Of a stretch of 64,000 bases of DNA, positions 59,436 to 64,000 are shown piece after piece. The stretch lies in the NCBI GenBank assembly GCA_016199935.1, contig JACQFS010000134.1:28519-92518 (forward strand), in the 5' to 3' direction. Each line of letters begins with the position of its first letter. Within the stretch, counting starts at the first letter, position 1. The translations under genes were made by a program, and so were the position numbers. Origin of the DNA: Verrucomicrobiota bacterium (lineage in GTDB: Bacteria; Verrucomicrobiota; Verrucomicrobiia; Limisphaerales; JACQFS01). The notes under the pieces are model-generated. The model was not told the DNA's origin, ran no database searches, and saw only the letters and a list, made by a program, of their open reading frames with translations.

Positions 59436-60155
59436 TCACTTTTTGGCGGCGGGCGGCGGCGTCAGCATCGGAACGGAACTGCTCGGGGCCGGCGCGTTCG
59501 TCGGCGTGAGTTCCGGGTGCTGGCGCAGCAACGCCTCGCGGCGGCGCATCGCCTCTTGGCCCCAGGACGTCGGATTGCCGCCCCGCTCGAATTCGCGATA
59601 GAGCTTCATCGCCTCGGCGGGCTGGCCTTTGGCGTCGAGCAGACGCGCGGCGGCGAGTTTCGCCTGCGAGGCCACGGCGTCATTCGGAAAGCGGGTGAAA
59701 ACATTTTGATACGCCGCGAGCGCCTCGTCGCGCTTGCCGGTCGCCTCGAGCGAGGCGGCGATGCCGAGCTGGGCCGCGGGGACGAACGGACCGTCGGCGT
59801 ATTTCTTGAGGTATTGGTCGAACTGCCCGCGCGCGCGGTCGTATTCGTTCGCGTCGAAGTAAGCGCTGGCGGCCAGGAACATCGCCTGCTGGGCGGCCGG
59901 CGTGCCGGCAAATTTCTCGGCGACCTTCAGGTAGTCGGACGCGGACGGCCCGGTGACGCGGTTGGCGGAAGTGTTGAGCGCGGTGAGGGCGCGGCCGGCT
60001 TCGCGTTCCTTTTTTTCCAACTGGTCCTGATAGAGATACCACCCGCCCACGGCGGCGAGCGCGGCCACGACGCCGATGATCAGCCGCTGCTTGTTGGTTT
60101 CAAACCACGCGAGCAGCTCGAGCGACTTGGTGGATTCCACCGCTTCGGAACTCAT
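59436..60155 (-). CDS. Membrane-anchored TPR-like protein (YfgM-like architecture)
   Basis: ATG 60155. Single [20 protein letters not shown], then helical repeats ([30 protein letters not shown]..., [16 protein letters not shown]...). Pro-rich tail. Confidence 0.7.
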   Translation of the reverse strand: MSSEAVESTKSLELLAWFETNKQRLIIGVVAALAAVGGWYLYQDQLEKKEREAGRALTALNTSANRVTGPSASDYLKVAEKFAGTPAAQQAMFLAASAYFDANEYDRARGQFDQYLKKYADGPFVPAAQLGIAASLEATGKRDEALAAYQNVFTRFPNDAVASQAKLAAARLLDAKGQPAEAMKLYREFERGGNPTSWGQEAMRRREALLRQHPELTPTNAPAPSSSVPMLTPPPAAKK

Positions 60156-60281
60156 AAAATAGGCGCGCATCATCAGGGCGGAGCGCGAAAAGGCAAGGGG
60201 GAAATCCGGCCCGCCGGGGAACGATTCCGAGCTTGCGCGCGGCAGGGCCGTTTGGCATTTTTCGGGCAACCCGTTTTCACC

Positions 60282-60947
60282 ATGAAGCCGACCCATCAGG
60301 TTCGTTTGGCCTTCACACTCATCGAGCTCCTCGTTGTCATCGCCATCATCGCCATTCTCGCGAGCCTGCTGCTCCCCGCCTTGTCCAAGGCCAAGGAGCG
60401 GGCCAAGAGCATCAAGTGCGTGAGCAACCTCCGCCAGATCACGCTCGCGACGCGCCAGAATGCGGTGGACAACGACAACAAGTTCCCCGGCGAACGCAAC
60501 GCGAACAACTTCCGCACCGCCGGCTCGCCGCCCGGCATCTCCACCTACCTCTTCTTCATTTCCATCCAGAACGAGATCGTGACTCCGCAGACGCTCGTCT
60601 GTCCGTCGAGTCCGCAGACGATCAAAGGCTCATTCACCGGCTTCACCGGCGGCGCCAACCTCTCCTATTACGCGAGCTTGAGCGCGGTGGAAGCGAATCC
60701 GATGGAGTTGCTGGTCGGCGATCGGAACATCGGCCCTGCGACGGTGACCCCGCTGGTGGAATATGCCGGCAACGTCACGCCGACCATCGGCACGAATTTT
60801 TTCCAGGTGGCCTTCACGACCAACTACCACGTCGGCCGGGGAAATTTCTCGCTCACCGACGGCAGCGCGCACCAGATGGATTCCACCAATTTCGCGACCT
60901 TCCTCAAGATCAGCGGCGTCAGCAACAAGCTCTCCATGCCGCAGTAG
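60282..60947 (+). CDS. Prepilin-type N-terminal cleavage/methylation protein with an H-X9-DG motif
   Basis: [25 protein letters not shown] (class III signal). [12 protein letters not shown] matches H-X9-DG exactly. Confidence 0.85.
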   Translation: MKPTHQVRLAFTLIELLVVIAIIAILASLLLPALSKAKERAKSIKCVSNLRQITLATRQNAVDNDNKFPGERNANNFRTAGSPPGISTYLFFISIQNEIVTPQTLVCPSSPQTIKGSFTGFTGGANLSYYASLSAVEANPMELLVGDRNIGPATVTPLVEYAGNVTPTIGTNFFQVAFTTNYHVGRGNFSLTDGSAHQMDSTNFATFLKISGVSNKLSMPQ

Positions 60948-61026
60948 CGCAGTGGCCCGGCGTTTCCCGCCGGAGCCGTCTTTGCCCTTGCCAAGCGCGC
61001 GGCCGCTCCATTTACTTTGCGCGCTT

Positions 61027-61422
61027 ATGTTCGCTGAGGTCCCGACCCAACTGAAACAATACCTCCCCGTGCTCCTCCTGCTCGGGGTGGCGCTGGCGTT
61101 CGCCTTCGGCACGCTTACCGCTTCCGTGCTCTTCGGCCAGCGCGGCCGCCGCACCGCGACCAAGGACATCCCCTACGAATGCGGCATGTTGCCCGAAGGC
61201 CCCGGCAGCGCGCGGCTCTCGGTGAAATTTTATCTCGTCGCGATGCTCTTCATCCTCTTCGACATCGAAGTCGTCTTCATGTATCCGTGGGCGGTCATCT
61301 ACAAGCAGATGCTCGCGGAAAACGCGGCGCTCATCTTCGGCGCGATGCTTTCGTTCCTCGGCATCCTGTTCGTCGGCTACCTCTACGCGCTCAAGAAGCG
61401 GGCGTTCGATTGGAAAAGCTAG
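61027..61422 (+). CDS. nuoA: NADH-quinone oxidoreductase subunit A
   Basis: IPYECGMLPEG...SVKFYLVAMLFILFDIEVVFMYPW are NuoA/ND3 signature blocks. 131 aa with 3 TM helices. Confidence 0.85.
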   Translation: MFAEVPTQLKQYLPVLLLLGVALAFAFGTLTASVLFGQRGRRTATKDIPYECGMLPEGPGSARLSVKFYLVAMLFILFDIEVVFMYPWAVIYKQMLAENAALIFGAMLSFLGILFVGYLYALKKRAFDWKS

Positions 61423-61429
61423 ACGTGAC

Positions 61430-61502
61430 GAGTAAGGAGTAATCCGTAAGAAAAGAGCCGCCCTCCCCTTCCCCATTACGGATCACTCCTTACGCCTTAC
61501 TC
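61430..61502. repeat. Palindromic element of the GTAAGGA/GTAATCC heptamer family (copy 2), between nuoA and the PGM/PMM gene
   Basis: 18-bp stem 61432-61449 (GTAAGGAGTAATCCGTAA) with 61476-61493 (TTACGGATCACTCCTTAC), 1 mismatch, 26-nt loop. The right arm matches copy 1 at 25 of 27 positions. Confidence 0.85.
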
Positions 61503-61511
61503 TCCACCCCC

Positions 61512-62942
61512 ATGACCATCAAATTCGGCACCTCCGGCTGGCGCGGCCTCATCGCCCGCGACTTCACTTTTGAAAATGTCCGCGTCGCCGCGCAGGGCAT
61601 CGCGGACTACCTGAACGCGGAACGCGGAACTCGGAACTCAAAACTGCACGGCCGCAAACCCGTCGTCATCCTCGGCCACGACACCCGCTTCCTCGGTCGC
61701 GAGTTCTCGCTCGCCGCCGCCGAGGTGCTCACGGCCAGCGGCCTCCAATGTCTCCTCTGCCAGCGCGACGCGCCGACGCCCGTCATCAGCCACACCATCC
61801 GCGACCGGCAGGCCATCGGCGGCATCAACATGACCGCCAGCCATAATCCCGCCGAGTGGCAGGGCCTGAAATTTTCCACCTACAACGGCGCGCCCGCCAC
61901 GCCCGAGGTCACGCAGCAGATCGAAGCCGCCATCGCGAAACGTCAGGCCGAAGGCTGGAGCTTCAAGTCCGCCGTCGTCGGCACCTTCTCCTGCCCGACC
62001 ATTGATCCGCAGCCGAGCTACTTCAAACAGCTCCGCTCCCTCATTGATTTCAAGACCATCAAAAAGGCGAAGCTCAAGATCGCCGTCGAGCTGATGTATG
62101 GCACCGGCCGCGGCTACCTCGACACGCTGCTCGCCGGCGCGGGCGCCAAGATCACCGTCTTCCACGGCGCGCCCGACCCGCTCTTCGGCGGCCATCATCC
62201 CGAGCCGAACGCCGAGGGCATGACCGAGGTCAGCAAATTCGTCCGCCGCGGCCAGGCGCAGTTCGGCCTCGGCCTCGACGGCGACGCGGACCGTTTCGGC
62301 ATCGTGGACAAGGACGGCACGTGGCTCACGCCCAACCAGATTCTCGCGCTCGCCCTTTATCATCTGAAGAAAAACCGCGGCTGGACCGGCGCCGCCGTGC
62401 GCACCGTGCCGACAAGCCATCAAGTGGACGCCGTTGCGGAAATGCTCGGCGTGAAACTCCACGAGACGCCCGTCGGTTTCAAATATATCGGCGCGCTCAT
62501 GGAGTCCGAGCCGATCATCGTCGGCGGCGAGGAGAGCGGCGGCCTGAGCGTGAAGGGCCACGTGCCCGAGAAGGACGGCGTGCTCGCCTGCCTGCTCATG
62601 GCCGAACTCGTCGCGACCGAGAAGAAATCCCTCGGCCAGATTCTCAAGCAGCTCGAAAAGCAGACCGGCGAATTCCACAGCGACCGCATCAACGTGAAGA
62701 TTGCCCCCGAGAAAAAGGACGCGCTGCTCAAGAAACTCTCCGCCGGCCTCGACAACGTGGGCGGCCTCAAGGTGGAGAAGTTCATCACCACCGACGGCTA
62801 CAAGTTTCTCCTGCCGAACCGCGAGTGGGTCGCGTTCCGCGCCAGCGGCACCGAGCCGCTCATCCGCTGCTACATCGAGGCGAAGTCCGTGAAGCAGATG
62901 AAGAAGCTCCAGGACGCCTGCAAAAAAATCCTGCTCGGCTGA
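61512..62942 (+). CDS. Phosphoglucomutase / phosphomannomutase family protein
   Basis: TASHNPAEWQGLKF (phosphoserine loop). GLDGDADRFGIVD (Mg site). GGEESGG (sugar loop). RASGTEPLIRCY (phosphate loop). Confidence 0.9.
   Translation: MTIKFGTSGWRGLIARDFTFENVRVAAQGIADYLNAERGTRNSKLHGRKPVVILGHDTRFLGREFSLAAAEVLTASGLQCLLCQRDAPTPVISHTIRDRQAIGGINMTASHNPAEWQGLKFSTYNGAPATPEVTQQIEAAIAKRQAEGWSFKSAVVGTFSCPTIDPQPSYFKQLRSLIDFKTIKKAKLKIAVELMYGTGRGYLDTLLAGAGAKITVFHGAPDPLFGGHHPEPNAEGMTEVSKFVRRGQAQFGLGLDGDADRFGIVDKDGTWLTPNQILALALYHLKKNRGWTGAAVRTVPTSHQVDAVAEMLGVKLHETPVGFKYIGALMESEPIIVGGEESGGLSVKGHVPEKDGVLACLLMAELVATEKKSLGQILKQLEKQTGEFHSDRINVKIAPEKKDALLKKLSAGLDNVGGLKVEKFITTDGYKFLLPNREWVAFRASGTEPLIRCYIEAKSVKQMKKLQDACKKILLG
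61613..61647. repeat. Heptamer tract GAACGCG GAACGCG GAACTCG GAACTCA AAACTGC inside the PGM/PMM CDS
   Basis: Exact 7-bp phasing. It encodes ERGTRNSKLH, inserted in the N-terminal loop ADYLNA-[..]-GRKPVVILGHDTR. Confidence 0.9.
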
Positions 62943-63128
62943 AACGCGCTCCGCGCGGTGGCCGCCGGCTTTAGCCGGCGTCGGCGTGCCGAGGGGCGGC
63001 GAGGCGGGGCCGCCACCGGCGGCGTGCAGGGACGCCAGCGATCATCGGGGACGCAAGCTGAAGCTTGCGGCTACGGGCTGGCCGCTCGCGGTTCACCGCC
63101 GCCCGTTGAGGATCAGCTCGTTCAACTT

Positions 63129-63446
63129 CTACCGCAGCGTCTCCGGGTCCGGGTCGGCCATCGGTGTGTCGGGCGTGCCCACGCCGTTCGTGTTGTTGCT
63201 CGTGCCGCTGATGGCGTTGTTGAGATCGCTATTGGAGACTTCACCGGGATTGCCCTGATCGCCTTTGTCTCCCTTGTCACCGGGCAGACCGGGCGCGCCG
63301 TCGTTGCCGGGAGCCCATAATGCGTCATGGGCACCGCCGCCTGCGAAGCACGCGGCAACCGCGCGCGGAGGCGCTCGGCGTATTCGTGCGCTTGCTTGGC
63401 GGAAGGCGTGGGCACGGCGCATTACGGAGGCGGGCATCTGAAACAC
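63129..63446 (-). CDS. Short collagen-like (Gly-X-Y) ORF, possibly a fragment
   Basis: GNDGAPGLPGDKGDKGDQGNPGE is eight uninterrupted G-X-Y triplets, followed by VSNSDLNNAISGTSNNTNGVGT. The N-terminus lacks a convincing start or signal. A TAG is followed in-frame by KLNELILNGRR*. Confidence 0.3.
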   Translation of the reverse strand: MFQMPASVMRRAHAFRQASARIRRAPPRAVAACFAGGGAHDALWAPGNDGAPGLPGDKGDKGDQGNPGEVSNSDLNNAISGTSNNTNGVGTPDTPMADPDPETLR

Positions 63447-63464
63447 GCCGCGCGCGGAACACGG

Positions 63465-63761
63465 TCACTTTTTTTCAGCCGGTGGCGCGGCGGCGATCTT
63501 CTTGAGGTATTTGGCGGGGTCGGCCTTGAACTCCTTCAGGCAGGACGGGCAGCACATTTTGATCTCCTGCCCCTCGTGGACGAACACGTAGGGCTTGCCC
63601 ATGCTGCCGAGCTTCTCGCCGGAGACGACGCAGGCCGTCAGGGTGGCGGGCCAGGGTTTGGGTTTGTCCGCCTTCGTCGCGTCAGCCGAGAAGGCGGCGA
63701 GGGGCGCGGCGAGGAGGGCGGCGGCGAGGAACCAACGGGCGGCGGGCTTGAACAGTTTCAT
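63465..63761 (-). CDS. Small secreted YHS/TRASH-like Cys-motif protein
   Basis: ATG 63761 gives MKLFKPAARWFLAAALLAAPLAAFSA (signal). C-terminal YVFVHEGQEIKMCCPSCLKEFKADPAKYL resembles the YHS-domain pattern (Y.F C..C...F...P..Y). Confidence 0.55.
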   Translation of the reverse strand: MKLFKPAARWFLAAALLAAPLAAFSADATKADKPKPWPATLTACVVSGEKLGSMGKPYVFVHEGQEIKMCCPSCLKEFKADPAKYLKKIAAAPPAEKK

Positions 63762-64000
63762 GGTGTTTGGGACGGCGGATGGAGTTTTTGTTTGACCAAC
63801 TGTTCTTGCTACGCCGCGCCGCGGGAAATCCCTCGGAGTTTTTTGGAAAAGTTGAAACGTGCCGCGGCGCAGTGCGCGTCGCGCGCGGGTGATTGGAGCG
63901 ATTTGGCTGGGCTGGACAGAACGCGCCAGCGGATGAAGCGGGGATTCAGAAACCAATCCGCCCAAGCCCCGCAATCCGGGCCGGCGGCTCAACCGGGGTG

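Noticed and set aside
59418-60281. The first 288 codons of ORF 59418..60947 as part of the prepilin-like gene.
   Set aside because: This part is antisense to the TPR gene and low-complexity. The class III signal (FTLIELLVV) must be N-terminal, which fixes the start at 60282.
62943-63128. Hairpins after the PGM/PMM gene (GCCGGC-TTTA-GCCGGC at about 62962-62977; CGCAAGC-TGAA-GCTTGCG at about 63050-63070) as terminators or an sRNA.
   Set aside because: The stems are short, no U-tract follows either one, and such GC palindromes are frequent by chance at this composition.
1-64000. tRNA, rRNA, tmRNA, transposase, integrase and prophage genes.
   Set aside because: None of the intergenic regions shows a T-arm/anticodon-arm pattern or rRNA-like sequence by eye, and no ORF shows DDE, tyrosine- or serine-recombinase or phage structural motifs. 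A tRNAscan/Infernal run would be needed to be certain.

Overview
GC-rich chromosomal segment: typical 60-nt lines hand-count to about two-thirds G+C (41/60 at 46441-46500). I can support about 47 protein-coding genes or pseudogenes. I recognise no rRNA, tRNA, CRISPR, transposase or integrase. The gene content argues for a PVC-superphylum bacterium, most likely Verrucomicrobiota (inference): three PSCyt1/DUF1549/DUF1553 proteins, three DUF1501 partners, a formylglycine-type arylsulfatase, two dehydrogenase-propeller/cytochrome c fusions, an H-X9-DG prepilin-like protein and many Sec/Tat-secreted beta-propellers. Layout: (a) 0.1-11.8 kb, plus-strand secreted enzymes (NHL propeller, PhnD-PQQ fusion, sulfatase, DUF1501 with an in-frame stop, PSD1 protein, lipoprotein Cu/Zn SOD). 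(b) 11.9-46.3 kb, one uninterrupted minus-strand array of about 24 genes, many joined by 4-nt ATGA/GTGA stop-start overlaps; it includes a tightly coupled 7-gene block built around a 1710-aa multi-domain Cu/heme redox protein and three paralogous Asp-box propellers. (c) 46.4-64 kb, mixed housekeeping (rluD, lgt, rnd, acyl-CoA ligase, NDK-like, mutT, ugd, nuoA, PGM/PMM). Most interesting observations: (1) a 252-bp array of twelve head-to-tail 21-bp dyad-symmetric units at 55496-55747, next to a small cassette inserted at the 3' end of the acyl-CoA ligase gene and flanked by a 69-bp duplication of that gene's tail. (2) A lower-GC two-gene module, an Rx4H (HEPN-like)+TPR protein plus a YhcG/PDDEXK nuclease, that replaces the 3' end of a PSD1 gene and sits where its DUF1501 partner is expected; this is a candidate defence or toxin island. 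(3) A family of AT-richer, 7-bp-periodic micro-repeats that occurs in-frame inside unrelated CDSs (twice encoding the same ERGTRN peptide) and as inverted pairs forming long intergenic hairpins. (4) A 2.1-kb glycosidase-like gene flanked by ~290-bp direct repeats that duplicate the junction of its two neighbours. (5) An otherwise intact DUF1501 gene with a single in-frame TAA. All functional calls rest on motifs read by eye; no database search was run.
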